This document shows, one piece after another, positions 31,064-41,838 of a stretch of 64,000 nucleotides of DNA. Location: NCBI GenBank assembly GCA_011364965.1, contig RDOB01000005.1:128001-192000 (forward strand). Reading direction: 5' to 3'. The stretch's first letter is position 1; every line of letters starts with the position of its first letter. This stretch comes from Candidatus Heimdallarchaeota archaeon (GTDB taxonomy: Archaea > Asgardarchaeota > Heimdallarchaeia > Hodarchaeales > Hodarchaeaceae). Made by a program: the position numbers and the translations under genes. The notes under the pieces were generated by a model. That model was given only the letters and a program-made list of their open reading frames with translations. It was not told where the DNA came from and did no database searches.

Positions 31064-31843
31064 CTATTTGCTCTCTGAAATTAGGCAAGATGGCAAAATA
31101 ATGCAATAACTATTGCCTTTCTCTTTTGAGGGGTATATTCCTAATTTTCCTCCATAGTATTCAGCAATCATATTAGCAAGAGTAATTTCAATATTTTGAC
31201 CAAGATAATCCCACTCTTCATCAGCTAAATTTGACATTAGTTTATCACAAATTTTCTTAGAAAATGGTTCATTTTGAGATTCTGAAATAGTTATAATAAA
31301 ATAATTAAGATTAGAGTCGCAAGGTCTAGCTGAAATGCGAATGAAATTACCTCCTGCATTTTCTATAAAAATAAGAATTTCGGATATTAAAATACAAAAC
31401 AAATTATCTACAGAAATTTCATGATTAAGAGAATCTGTGTCTAGAGTGATATATAACTCAAATTTTGGAACCAAGTCTTCAAATAATCCTAAGAGAGAGA
31501 ATTTTTCATTTTGTTTCTCAAATGTAGAGTGTTGAACATTATGAATCAAAGATAAAGTATTAATTTTTTTTGAAGCTCTTAAACAAAGCTTGATCGCTTT
31601 AGCAACAGTTTCATCTAGTATTGAATGATTCTCAGATTTTATTACTTCTAGAATGAGCATTAATTTTTGTAGGTCGTTACGTATGAAATGGGACTGAATT
31701 GTATAGTAGAACTCTGGTTCATCTCGAATTCTAGGAGATTTTCCTCCATTTTGTTTTTCAATTGTCTTAATTTTACCAGTTTGGTCTATCATACCCTCGA
31801 GATCCTCCAGTATACCAGTTGAGGCATTTAGGGTTTGATTCAA
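31064..31843 (-). CDS. Degenerate histidine-kinase-like protein (HisKA plus divergent HATPase)
   Basis: SHFIRNDLQ H-box-like; ANMIAEYYGGKL...GNSYCIILP matches the HATPase_c end; N, G1 and G2 boxes eroded. Confidence 0.65.
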   Translation of the reverse strand: MNQTLNASTGILEDLEGMIDQTGKIKTIEKQNGGKSPRIRDEPEFYYTIQSHFIRNDLQKLMLILEVIKSENHSILDETVAKAIKLCLRASKKINTLSLIHNVQHSTFEKQNEKFSLLGLFEDLVPKFELYITLDTDSLNHEISVDNLFCILISEILIFIENAGGNFIRISARPCDSNLNYFIITISESQNEPFSKKICDKLMSNLADEEWDYLGQNIEITLANMIAEYYGGKLGIYPSKEKGNSYCIILPSCLISESK

Positions 31844-32087
31844 GTGGATAGATTGAAAAGCTATGATTATTTTAGAAAACCTTATAAAGCCTGTTCGATC
31901 TATTCTCTATTCGATCGAATGGATCCTTTTTAGAATAGATTTAAAATCGTTTGGAATCTGGCCGTTCGGTTTCCTGTGGTATGAGACGGAATGTACTATG
32001 TTAAAAGGTCTTCTCGGAAGAAAACGCTCTTTCTCATCCCAAATCTTATTAGAAAATCTAATTTAATTTGAATGGAAAGGGAATGAT

Positions 32088-32846
32088 ATGTCTGAAAAAG
32101 ATGTATTTCAACCATCAATCGGAGAATTACTAGCAAGTTATGAATGGGGGCAAGTTTTCCAACACGAAACTCGTGTTGCTATACTCATGTATCTCAGAAT
32201 GAATAAACAGTTAAGTTTTCAGGAGCTAGTCCAATTATTAGAAAAAAGCCCTTCAACTGTTCATCATCATCTCCAAATATTAATAAAAGGTGGAATTGTG
32301 AGAGAAATCACTGAAGCTGAACCACATAAGCAGTTTGAACCCAAACATTATGAATTAACAAGACATCCATTCCCAGCATACAGTTTTCATAATATTCATG
32401 AATTACCGAGTGAATATCAACGTGATGCTTTCCTAATAACTACCAAATTGCACCAAATTTCATTATTATTTCTATACCAAGCAGCAGACTTGTTTAAAAA
32501 GTACTTAGACAGTATTGAAAAAGAATTGCTGACAAATAAAAATCTAGATCCAAATAAACTAAAAAAAATTTGGACTGAATCCTTGATACCTTCAGCTGAA
32601 AAAATCTCAGAAATACCTTTCAAGGAGATTTTTTATTTTGGTACTCAGGTTAGCGATTTAGTATATTCTCAATATCGGGCAGAATTGGAGCGATTTCATG
32701 AGAAATTGGTTAAAATGATTCGAAAAGAACAAGAAAGTCATGAAAATATTCCTAAACCATTTTTTATCTTTCATATTGCTGCTCCACTAGGTAAACCTTA
32801 TCAAAGTGATCATAAATTAGACTATGATCTCAAAGGGATGGAGTGA
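32088..32846 (+). CDS. ArsR-like winged-HTH transcriptional regulator
   Basis: HETRVAILMYL...LSFQEL...KSPSTVHHHLQILIKGGIV. Confidence 0.85.
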   Translation: MSEKDVFQPSIGELLASYEWGQVFQHETRVAILMYLRMNKQLSFQELVQLLEKSPSTVHHHLQILIKGGIVREITEAEPHKQFEPKHYELTRHPFPAYSFHNIHELPSEYQRDAFLITTKLHQISLLFLYQAADLFKKYLDSIEKELLTNKNLDPNKLKKIWTESLIPSAEKISEIPFKEIFYFGTQVSDLVYSQYRAELERFHEKLVKMIRKEQESHENIPKPFFIFHIAAPLGKPYQSDHKLDYDLKGME

Positions 32847-32905
32847 AAACAACTATTGAAATATCACGTATTGAAAATTATATCACGTGATTCCTAGGGT
32901 TTTTT

Positions 32906-33589
32906 CTACCATATTCGTGGAATTATACGATACTTTACTTTTCTCATGTATTCTTTATACCCTTTAAGTTCTTGGATTAATATTCTTTCTTCAAATAAGA
33001 TTCTTGGAATGAAGCAAATAAGAAATAATAATGCAGGTACGAGAGCAATTATAGATCCAAGCGCTATAGGTAGACTCAATACAAAAAAGACGTTACCCAA
33101 ATACATTGGATGCCGAACAAATGCATATGGACCAGTTGAAATGACGCGTTGTTGTTCTTGAATCTCCACGATTCGTGATAAAAAAGAATTTTCTTTCATT
33201 ACAAGCATGTAGATAAGCAATGAGCAAACAAACGCAGCAAACCCGAGGTATTTAAATAAAGGTACAACCAAAGGAGCTATCCATTGGTACCGACACACAT
33301 CAAAAGCGGTAACGATAAACATGATAATGAAGAAAAATCCCGCTAGGAAAAGGAATAATGCATCCAAACTTAAAACAGGTTTATAATGCTGTCTAGATTG
33401 AAGAGTAGTAGGATTATCCCTGAAGATAAGGAAATATAGAGCTATTCCATAGGTAAAAAGAATAATTATGATTACTCAAGCCTCAGGCCAATTAAATGTA
33501 TCAACTGGGATGAATAGTAATAAAGAGAACACAATAAAACCTACAATTATTCTACTAAACATTGTTACTAGGAAATTTAATTCAACCAT
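32906..33589 (-). pseudogene. Isoprenylcysteine carboxyl methyltransferase (ICMT/Ste14/PEMT) family gene interrupted by an in-frame TGA
   Basis: ATG at 33589 reads MVELNFLV...FNWPEA*VIIII... in frame with ORF 32906..33367 (GPYAFVRHPMY, RILFEE). TGA at 33476-33478 is codon 38. Confidence 0.8.
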
Positions 33590-33753
33590 CCCCTATTTAA
33601 TCCCTTATTATTTTAAAACCTTACTCTTGTGATATAATTTAAAAAATACAGCCAATTGAGAATTATGTCCGACACCATAAAAAGGTTAAAAATTATGGTT
33701 ATTTGTCATCTTGTTACTTATTTTAATGAACGTGGATTTTTTGTGGTGATAGA

Positions 33754-34731
33754 ATGAATAGGTTTCCTAAACTTGAATATGAAGAATTAATCCAAGGAAA
33801 AAGAATTTGGCATGCAGATGGTCGTGGGAAAAGACCCGAACACATTGCGTATCGTGAATCTTATAGAGCAACCTATCAAGGATCATACACTAAAGGCAAA
33901 TTATTAGCTTGGGATGGCTTAACTAGCAATAAACCAGGAATGGTAAGTAATGATCCAGAGAGAGGCTTTGTGTTAACAATGCGAGCAGGTGACGCAGAAG
34001 CTGGATCATATACGACACGTGATATTGCGAGCGCTGGACATGGCATCGACTATCAACCTCATTTTAAAGATTGGGAAGAGGATAAAACTGCCCATCCGAA
34101 TCTAGTAATGCCTGGAAGAACTGTTTTATGGAAAAGTGTGCGATTTGATCTTCTAAATCTAGGAAATGAATTATTGGGAACCGCGGGGGCAATTATACAG
34201 GACTGGATGGGAATAGATTTTGAAACAATGGAAAATTATGGAAATACAGCAATGTCACAATACACCGGAGGAGGCTTTGTTATATTCAACCCAAAAGCTG
34301 CTTTTCCTCGGATGGCCCGCGTTATAGCAAAATTCCAACGAGGTCGACCATTTGGTAAACCTATACGTTCTGGATTGGCACCGTTGAATGTTATGTTTGC
34401 TCGGGTTAAAGGATATATGAAAACATCGGTGTTGTATATTGATCCTGATATTCCACATGAGTTGGCATGTCATTGGAGTTTAAATGGGCAAGAAATTAGC
34501 TTTTGGTGTGATGGGGAGAATGTTCTGAATGTGAGGCAAGGAACATGGGCTATTCCAATCGGATTGCGCACAAAAGCTAAAGTTGGTTTTCATAAGTGTG
34601 GGTTTCATGTAGACTGCTGGCAAGATAACGGTACTGGCAGTACTGATGTACAGGGCGCAGCTGGTCACTCTAATATCGATCAGGTGTATACTATCGAAAG
34701 TTTGAGTATAATTAGTAGTGATACTCATTGA
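33754..34731 (+). CDS. Hypothetical protein, probable concanavalin-A/GH16-like beta-sandwich
   Basis: HELACHW...ISFWCDG and FHVDCWQDN patterns; no intact ExDxxE. Confidence 0.6.
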   Translation: MNRFPKLEYEELIQGKRIWHADGRGKRPEHIAYRESYRATYQGSYTKGKLLAWDGLTSNKPGMVSNDPERGFVLTMRAGDAEAGSYTTRDIASAGHGIDYQPHFKDWEEDKTAHPNLVMPGRTVLWKSVRFDLLNLGNELLGTAGAIIQDWMGIDFETMENYGNTAMSQYTGGGFVIFNPKAAFPRMARVIAKFQRGRPFGKPIRSGLAPLNVMFARVKGYMKTSVLYIDPDIPHELACHWSLNGQEISFWCDGENVLNVRQGTWAIPIGLRTKAKVGFHKCGFHVDCWQDNGTGSTDVQGAAGHSNIDQVYTIESLSIISSDTH

Positions 34732-34834
34732 ATACTATGAAAGCATAATTAAACCAAAATCTCTATTCGAATAGTCCCCCCTGAAATTCAGCACACTAAT
34801 TTACTCTAGATATTAAAAATAGGAATCCATTCAA

Positions 34835-35071
34835 TCATAATAACATAACTCCAGACATCAAAAGATAAACTCCTACACCTGCATTGAGTAAGAGAACACC
34901 ACCAATAATGATTATCATACCTAGTGCTAAAGCCAGTAACCCATTTCGTCTGTTAGATTTTCTAGCTTGAGTTTTATGTTTTTCCAAATTTTTCATTGTG
35001 TTTTGTGCTGCACGATCTGCAATTTCCTTTATTTCTTCATCTGACAACAGTATTAGCTTTTCATCACCCAA
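34835..35071 (-). CDS. Small membrane protein
   Basis: Charged N-terminus and hydrophobic C-terminus. Confidence 0.5.
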   Translation of the reverse strand: MGDEKLILLSDEEIKEIADRAAQNTMKNLEKHKTQARKSNRRNGLLALALGMIIIIGGVLLLNAGVGVYLLMSGVMLL

Positions 35072-35254
35072 AACCAGTTGATGGATTTTAGTGTAAGATT
35101 ATTTACCTCTTTAAGAATTTCTGGAATTTCAGTTAATAGACTAAATGAATATAGGAGTGTAAATTTTGATTTGGGGGAGTAATTTACCAAACAAAAGTAT
35201 TAAAATGGCAAATATTCAGTGTTGAGAACGTAATTATTTGAGTTGAATATATAA

Positions 35255-35764
35255 ATGACAGTAATATGCTATAGTCCAATTGGGAGAATTAGTACTTCCT
35301 TTCTACAATCAGAAGGGACTCCAATACAGGCATCCGCAGCTAGAAACCAAAAAGGTATTATAAAGCTCCGAGAAGAGTACCTAAGCTGTCTTAAGGATAT
35401 AGAAGGATTCTCACACCTCATTCTGATATATCACTTCCATCAGGCTGGAGAATGGCGACCTTTTGTGAAACCATTTTTAGATACTGAAACACGAGGTTTA
35501 TTTGCAACTCGTGCTCCCTCTAGACCGAATTCTATTGGAATTTCTATCGTTAAATTGGATCGAATAGAGAATAATAAGATCTACTTTTGGGGAGTGGATA
35601 TATTAGATGAAACACCTCTCCTTGATATTAAGCCATATATTCCCCAGTTCGATATTAATTTGGATGAATCGGTAAGAATTGGCTGGTTAACAGATCATTT
35701 ATCAAAACTAAACTCTGCTGCAGACAATGGGAGATTTCAACATACTTCGGAGGTAATTAAATGA
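35255..35764 (+). CDS. tsaA: tRNA (N6-threonylcarbamoyladenosine(37)-N6)-methyltransferase TrmO
   Basis: PIG, GFSHLILIYHFH, GLFATRAPSRPNSIG, TPLLDIKPY. Confidence 0.93.
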   Translation: MTVICYSPIGRISTSFLQSEGTPIQASAARNQKGIIKLREEYLSCLKDIEGFSHLILIYHFHQAGEWRPFVKPFLDTETRGLFATRAPSRPNSIGISIVKLDRIENNKIYFWGVDILDETPLLDIKPYIPQFDINLDESVRIGWLTDHLSKLNSAADNGRFQHTSEVIK

Positions 35765-36699
35765 CAAATGAGGAGAAAGAAGATAACAAAAGAATCTCAA
35801 CTAGGGGAGTTCGTTTTTATGAATTATATCACTATTTTAAGTATGCTATTGACGCTGAACGGCCAAATCTCCGATTTAAACCATTGATCTTCTGTTTAAT
35901 ATTCTTATTAATGCTTTTGAATTTTATACTCCTAACTATACCTCAAAAACTAATTTCGAGGATATTAGATATGGCCTTTGTGGAAGTTAATGGGAATACG
36001 GTGGGAGGATTTATGATTGTTAACAAATTGAAGAGTCATGGATATTACCACTTTGGAGGATTTTTCATTCGGTCAAAATATCAGGGAAAAGGCTATGGTA
36101 ATCAAGTTATGACCTTAATTATCGAAGGTTATGGTCATTCGAAGATTTCATTAGCAGTTGACGGAAACAATGACCGAGCCATTCATTTATATAAAAAATA
36201 TGGCTTTAAAATAAGCGAAAGTAGCCAAAAATACCAAATTTCCCTTCCATTGAAAGGGGAAATTCCTGAAAATTTACCTGAGGGTATTGATATTAGTACG
36301 CTATCCGAAGATTTTCTTGATGAATTAGTGGGAAGAAGTGAGGATCTTCATTCTCTGCTAAATATCGACTCATTTTACAAGGATTTTGAAGAATATCAAA
36401 AGAAAAAACGGTTCACAAATAAACAGATTCTCTTACTACGATATAAAGGACAAATTGCAGGGCTTAGCAGGGTAAAATGGAAAACAATAAAGAATAAAGC
36501 TGAATTTAATACTGCTTTTGCAGAAAAACATGTTGATCTCTTTCCTTATCTATTACAGCGAAGTATTATTCTTGCCATGAACCAAGGAGCAGCAAAACTC
36601 GAATGGAATCGTTGTACGCAAAATGAATTTCTCTATAAATACATGAAACCATTTTTAGATCAACCAGTTAAGTACGACCTAACCATGGAAAGACTTTGA
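35761..36699 (+). CDS. GNAT N-acetyltransferase
   Basis: YQGKGYG, LAVDGNNDRAIHLYKKYGF; ATGA-type overlap with trmO. Confidence 0.85.
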   Translation: MTNEEKEDNKRISTRGVRFYELYHYFKYAIDAERPNLRFKPLIFCLIFLLMLLNFILLTIPQKLISRILDMAFVEVNGNTVGGFMIVNKLKSHGYYHFGGFFIRSKYQGKGYGNQVMTLIIEGYGHSKISLAVDGNNDRAIHLYKKYGFKISESSQKYQISLPLKGEIPENLPEGIDISTLSEDFLDELVGRSEDLHSLLNIDSFYKDFEEYQKKKRFTNKQILLLRYKGQIAGLSRVKWKTIKNKAEFNTAFAEKHVDLFPYLLQRSIILAMNQGAAKLEWNRCTQNEFLYKYMKPFLDQPVKYDLTMERL

Positions 36700-36708
36700 A
36701 GACAATTC

Positions 36709-37491
36709 CTAGAGATAACCCTGAAAAAATTGGGTAATTTCGTTGAAAAGAAGATCTTTGTCAAAATCAACAGTTGCTAGATGGTTAGAGTTCTCAAGCC
36801 AAAGTAATTTCTTCTGGGAGGAGGAAACATGTTCATAGATATAAGATGCGTTCGAAGGATGAACATAAGTATCTTTTATACCATGAGAAATCAAAATTGG
36901 TAACGAGATATTTGGGAGTTCTTTGTTCTTCAGATCTTTCAGGAAACTCAAAAGACTTGCCACTGTTGGAATAACAAATTTATCATATCGCTTAATGTTC
37001 TCTAAAAAAATAGGGTCAGTCCAGATTTCTTTATCCATAGTTAAAATTTCCATTGGATATGGGAAGTATTTGATGCGAAGAAGTCTTACCAGAGGTAGCA
37101 ACCAAAGCAGCTTCTGGGTTAAAAACACAGGAGCAGCAATAGGAGCTATTGCAGTAATATCAGCAGCATGTTTCACTCCAGTATATAGACTGAAAGCTCC
37201 TCCAATAGAGAGACCAGCCATAAAAATATGGTTTGGATCGAATTTTTCATTAATTAAACTAATAGTATATTCAATCTGGGAATACCAGTCAGGCCAACGG
37301 GTTTCTAAAAATTCTGTCCGATTTTTACCATGGCCCACCAATAATGGTGCAAGAACATGAAAACCATTATTTGCAAGGTATTGCCCGAGTTCCCGTAGCT
37401 CATATGGATTTCCAGTATAACCGTGTGAAAGGATAACAAATTCCTTCCCTTCTCCAAATTCAAATGGTTTAGTTGCTAGGTCATAATCCAT
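36709..37491 (-). CDS. Carboxylesterase / monoacylglycerol lipase-like alpha/beta hydrolase
   Basis: HGYTG, GHG, GLSIGG, HGIKD, SNH. Confidence 0.9.
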   Translation of the reverse strand: MDYDLATKPFEFGEGKEFVILSHGYTGNPYELRELGQYLANNGFHVLAPLLVGHGKNRTEFLETRWPDWYSQIEYTISLINEKFDPNHIFMAGLSIGGAFSLYTGVKHAADITAIAPIAAPVFLTQKLLWLLPLVRLLRIKYFPYPMEILTMDKEIWTDPIFLENIKRYDKFVIPTVASLLSFLKDLKNKELPNISLPILISHGIKDTYVHPSNASYIYEHVSSSQKKLLWLENSNHLATVDFDKDLLFNEITQFFQGYL

Positions 37492-37638
37492 TTAAACATT
37501 CCAACATCCAAATAATTAATAGTTCAGCTGAAAAAATTAATTAATGTATAATGATTTCTCTTTTAAGAATAATCATAAAACAATAATAAAAGGAATTTTC
37601 TTCTATAATATGAAGAATTAAATGCTTTAAATCCTGTT

Positions 37639-38694
37639 TTGGAGAACTTAACTATGGAGAAAGTAATAAATCGGCAGTGGCGTTTAGTAAACCATCCTAT
37701 AGGTTTGGTAAACGAGTCAGATTTTGAATGGATTGAAGAGGAGGTCGAATACAAACTTCAAGAGGGAGAAATTCTTGTTAGAAATCTCTATCTATCGATA
37801 GATCCTGCGAACAGATCATGGATTGCAGCTTCATCCAAATCCCATTATACAGAACCCGTTAAATTAGGGGAAATAATGCGAGGGATAACTATTGGACGCA
37901 TACTTGAAAGTAAAAACTCCAAGTTTGATCAAGGTGAATATGTAATGGGATTAACAGGCTGGCAAGACTACACATTAAGTAATGGCTCAGGATTAACTAA
38001 CATCAGTCTTCTACCAAAACCAGAAGGAGTATCGTTAACAATTTATCTTAGTGTATTTGGAATGATAGGATTAACCGCTTATTTTGGCCTTTTGGAAATC
38101 GGGAAGCCTAAAGAGGGGGAAACATTAGTTGTATCCGCAGCAGCGGGAGCAGTTGGTTCATTAGTCGGACAAATCGGACAAATCAAAGGATGTCGTGTAA
38201 TCGGTATCGCAGGAACGGACGAAAAATGTCAATGGATAACCAAAGAGTTAGGATTTGACGAGGCAATTAACTACAAAACCGAAAATGTTCGGAAAAGATT
38301 AGAAGAACTCTGTCCTAATGGAATTGACATTTACTTTGACAATGTAGGAGGAGAGATTCTTGATGCCGCATTAGCCAATATCGCAGTTTTTGGCCGCATT
38401 CCAGTGTGTGGAATGATTTCCAAATATATTCAAACTGAACTTCAAGCTGGCCCTAAGTATATCGTCAATATTAATTCTAGGCGAGTTAGAATGCAGGGTT
38501 TTATTATTAGTGATTACTTGGATCGCAAAGTGGAAGGTATACTTGAGCTCATGACTTGGTACAATGAAGGGAAGATAAAATACCGGGAACATATTGTTGA
38601 GGGGATAGAAAATGCTCCTCTCGCCCTCAATATGTTGTTTGATGGATCAAATAAAGGTAAATTGATCTGTAAAATAGCTAATGAATCCATATGA
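37639..38694 (+). CDS. NADP-dependent oxidoreductase (prostaglandin reductase / CurA-like, MDR family)
   Basis: YLSIDP, GLTAYFGL, VSAAAGAVGS, YFDNVGG, GKLI. Confidence 0.93.
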   Translation: MENLTMEKVINRQWRLVNHPIGLVNESDFEWIEEEVEYKLQEGEILVRNLYLSIDPANRSWIAASSKSHYTEPVKLGEIMRGITIGRILESKNSKFDQGEYVMGLTGWQDYTLSNGSGLTNISLLPKPEGVSLTIYLSVFGMIGLTAYFGLLEIGKPKEGETLVVSAAAGAVGSLVGQIGQIKGCRVIGIAGTDEKCQWITKELGFDEAINYKTENVRKRLEELCPNGIDIYFDNVGGEILDAALANIAVFGRIPVCGMISKYIQTELQAGPKYIVNINSRRVRMQGFIISDYLDRKVEGILELMTWYNEGKIKYREHIVEGIENAPLALNMLFDGSNKGKLICKIANESI

Positions 38695-38828
38695 CAATTG
38701 AAAATCTATCTATGGCCATTATTTATAAAACTAAGGAGTTTCATTGTCTTCATAATCAGTTAATTACCTGAATTTAATCACTCCATTTTGCTTTTAACAC
38801 CTGAGTAAATTCCTTCGTTTCACCCCCT

Positions 38829-40181
38829 ATGAGCCAAACAGAAAGTAATGACGAAAATCTATTGAATAACCACTTTCCTAGACTGACTTATGTACTTGGA
38901 CTAGGAAATTATATTGGTTCAGTATTGTTTGACAATCTATATCAATTTCTTGCGATTATGCTAGGTGCTACGGGCATTATTCAGGGTTTTTTGACTTCTT
39001 TTCGTCAATTAGGGGCAGCTCTATTTAATCCTCTTTGGGGTTATCTCGCTGATAAATTTGATAGAAGATTGTTTTTGTTCGGGGGAAATTCAGTGTTATT
39101 TCTTGTTTCCTTCATCATTCCATATTCTCCTACCCCTCTAATTGTCTTAATTTTGCTAATATTTCAAACTATCTTAGGATTGGTCGTCGTTGGTCCTGCT
39201 TGGTCTGCCTATCTTGCAGATTTTACCACTTCCAGAACTAGAGGGACAGTGCTAGGACGAATCAGTTCATTTATCACATTAATAGGAAATTTTATATTAT
39301 TGATAACAACCTTTTTCATGGATCTTATGGATCCTACACGCCAAAATATCCGAACATTAACCTTTCCGTTTTTTATTAGCTCATTTGGGTATGCTTTTGC
39401 AATGATTCTCACGGTTTTTTTACCCAAGAGTCGAAAAATTTTAAAAGAGGAAAATCGACTAATTAAAAGAGAATTAAGTTGGAAAGAATTCATAAGACAA
39501 TTACCCCCTCCTCTGAGAAAATTCTTGGTTGCAGATTTCATATTTACTTTGGCTTGGGGTGCAGCGTGGCCGCTTTTTCCTTATGTCACATTTGGACTTT
39601 CTCACAATTGGTTTGAAATTGGTGTTTTAGCATTCTCAATGGGTATTACGGTAGCAATTAGTCAAAATATTGGTGGTTGGCTAACAGATCAAATAGGACG
39701 TAAGAAAGTCATACTGGGTTCACGTGGAGCTTTAATTCTTCCTCCATTTTTTGTAATAGTTGCAATACTGACAAATGAAGTCTCCTGGATCCTTGTTACT
39801 AATATCATCATTGGCTTTTTTTTGGGGGGCTCTACTATTGCCATCCAAACATTGATCTTTGATATTGCAGAATTAACTCCTGAAAATAGCAATCGAAAAG
39901 CAACTTATATCTCATTGGTAGGATTGATGGGTGGAATAAGTGCTTTTATTGGTTCAAGCATCACAGGGTTAATTCTACAGATTCTGAGTGGGTCTCAACG
40001 ACCGGATTTAGAGTTAATTGGAGCTCTTATGTTCATAGTGTTTTTATGTCGATTTGCCCTTTGGTTCGGCTATTTTACCATAGAGGATCCCATTGCTTTT
40101 CAAAAAGGTACAGCTTCTAATCCCCTCCTTTCCATTGTTAGTTTTGTGAGAGGGAAATTCAATCTATTTCCGCGTAAATAG
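38829..40181 (+). CDS. MFS transporter
   Basis: GYLADKFDRR and GWLTDQIGRKK motifs; about 12 TM helices. Confidence 0.9.
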   Translation: MSQTESNDENLLNNHFPRLTYVLGLGNYIGSVLFDNLYQFLAIMLGATGIIQGFLTSFRQLGAALFNPLWGYLADKFDRRLFLFGGNSVLFLVSFIIPYSPTPLIVLILLIFQTILGLVVVGPAWSAYLADFTTSRTRGTVLGRISSFITLIGNFILLITTFFMDLMDPTRQNIRTLTFPFFISSFGYAFAMILTVFLPKSRKILKEENRLIKRELSWKEFIRQLPPPLRKFLVADFIFTLAWGAAWPLFPYVTFGLSHNWFEIGVLAFSMGITVAISQNIGGWLTDQIGRKKVILGSRGALILPPFFVIVAILTNEVSWILVTNIIIGFFLGGSTIAIQTLIFDIAELTPENSNRKATYISLVGLMGGISAFIGSSITGLILQILSGSQRPDLELIGALMFIVFLCRFALWFGYFTIEDPIAFQKGTASNPLLSIVSFVRGKFNLFPRK

Positions 40182-40469
40182 AAATTCTTGCCTCTCCTTT
40201 GATATTATCTATATAAATCCCCCTTTTTAGCACAATCATGCTTGATACTGGTTCTTGGAAGAACAGGCAGATTTCAGTATAAATTTCGAAACAATAACAA
40301 TACAGATAGCATCGAGTGAGTATATGCGTGTAAAAGATTAAGTAGATTTTTTAGAGAATCAGTAAGATAGCTGATTCATCAAGGACTTAGAAAAGAACAA
40401 TTATTAAATTGTAAAGTACAAGAAAGTATAAGGAATTTAAAATTATTAAAAGTTAGAGGTGGGACAAAT

Positions 40470-41129
40470 ATGGCTGTTCCAACCATATTAAGTTATTCAC
40501 CTACATCATTTGATTATGCTCTTGTAAATGTCGTCCGAATAACCGTAATAGTCCAAGCCATACTTTTTCATGGATTTTTAATTTGGTACATGTATCAAGA
40601 AACCCAGAAGAGAGGGAATCCCATTCCGTGGGTATTACTGGTTTTTTTCTCAAATCTTTTAGGTATAATCGTTTACTTCTCTATTGCAAAGGATAAGATA
40701 GACCCAAAAACACGAATTGCATCCGCTCTTTGGTTATTTACTGCATTTCTCCTTATAGTCCGTGGTGGTTTACTACTCATTGAAAGTTCCTCCGTTATCA
40801 TGGGATTCATGGGAAGTTTTTTCTTTCTAATTATGTTATTACCCATAATTCTCTTCATAGAAACATCAGGGATTTTCGCTCTTTATATTGGGTTTCAAGT
40901 GATTAAAGGCTTTTTGGATAGTTCTGAAATCCTAAATAGTTATATTCTTGTAGGATTGGGATTGGGGTCATTTCTCTCTCTAATTCTGTCTTTTGGTATA
41001 AGGAAAGAAATTAACGTCATTCCATATATTGCATTTATTATATTTCTCGGTATCTGGTATATTATAATAGTCTATGCGTGTAGAATTCGGAAGCCAATCC
41101 AACTTCAAAACCATCCGTACGGAAACTAA
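40470..41129 (+). CDS. Membrane protein (PLDc_N-like N-terminus)
   Basis: KRG-NPIPWVLLVFFSNLLGIIVYF; several TM helices. Confidence 0.65.
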   Translation: MAVPTILSYSPTSFDYALVNVVRITVIVQAILFHGFLIWYMYQETQKRGNPIPWVLLVFFSNLLGIIVYFSIAKDKIDPKTRIASALWLFTAFLLIVRGGLLLIESSSVIMGFMGSFFFLIMLLPIILFIETSGIFALYIGFQVIKGFLDSSEILNSYILVGLGLGSFLSLILSFGIRKEINVIPYIAFIIFLGIWYIIIVYACRIRKPIQLQNHPYGN

Positions 41130-41133
41130 GTCT

Positions 41134-41838
41134 ATGGAAAATAGAAAACAGATAATGCAAAAATGTCAGCAGGGAGCATTCATTTTTGGCATAATAGCAA
41201 CTAGTTTATTTGTTATCTTCTCAATTATTGCTATGACGTTCTATCCAGGAGGGTATGCGTTTTTCAGCGATCCTCTCAGCCAACTAGGATTTACCCAAAT
41301 TGAAGGGAACTCTAATTTTCTTTCAAGTACTTTATTCAATTCCAGTATGTTCCTAGTTGGTATAGCAGTGGCCTTGATATTTCTAAGTATGCTTCCTTTT
41401 TTCAGTAAGACTCTTATAGAGAAATGGTTTAGTATAACAGGTTCAATTTTCGCTGTTTTTTCAGGAATTGCATTATGTGGCGCAGCACTTACTCCAGGGG
41501 ATATTAATTTCGAAGCACATGTGAAATTTGCTCCATTTACATTTTTATTTGGTATCCTAATGGTAGTTTGTTTTGCAATTTCCATGATTGTTAATAAAAA
41601 CTATCCTAGAAGGTATACCTTCATAACAATCCTCTATGTGCTGATAATGATTAGCTTTTTGACATTCTTGATCATTGGCCCATCCTATGATACCCCTGAA
41701 GGAGCAGCGTTTCAAATAACCACTCAGAAGATAGCAATCTATTCTGAAATGATAACATTATTTCTTTTGTCTTATGGAGGATTCAAATATAGTCAATCTA
41801 GACTTCCCAATATACCAAGAAAGGAAAATTTCCTCTAA
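41134..41838 (+). CDS. DUF998-like membrane protein
   Basis: FYPGGY...DPLSQLG, H, QK pattern; probable start MENRK at 41134. Confidence 0.7.
   Translation: MENRKQIMQKCQQGAFIFGIIATSLFVIFSIIAMTFYPGGYAFFSDPLSQLGFTQIEGNSNFLSSTLFNSSMFLVGIAVALIFLSMLPFFSKTLIEKWFSITGSIFAVFSGIALCGAALTPGDINFEAHVKFAPFTFLFGILMVVCFAISMIVNKNYPRRYTFITILYVLIMISFLTFLIIGPSYDTPEGAAFQITTQKIAIYSEMITLFLLSYGGFKYSQSRLPNIPRKENFL

Noticed and set aside
32864-32890. Short imperfect tandem repeat TATTGAAA..TATCACGT (two copies)
   Set aside because: Only two degenerate copies between convergent genes; not a CRISPR array or mobile-element end.
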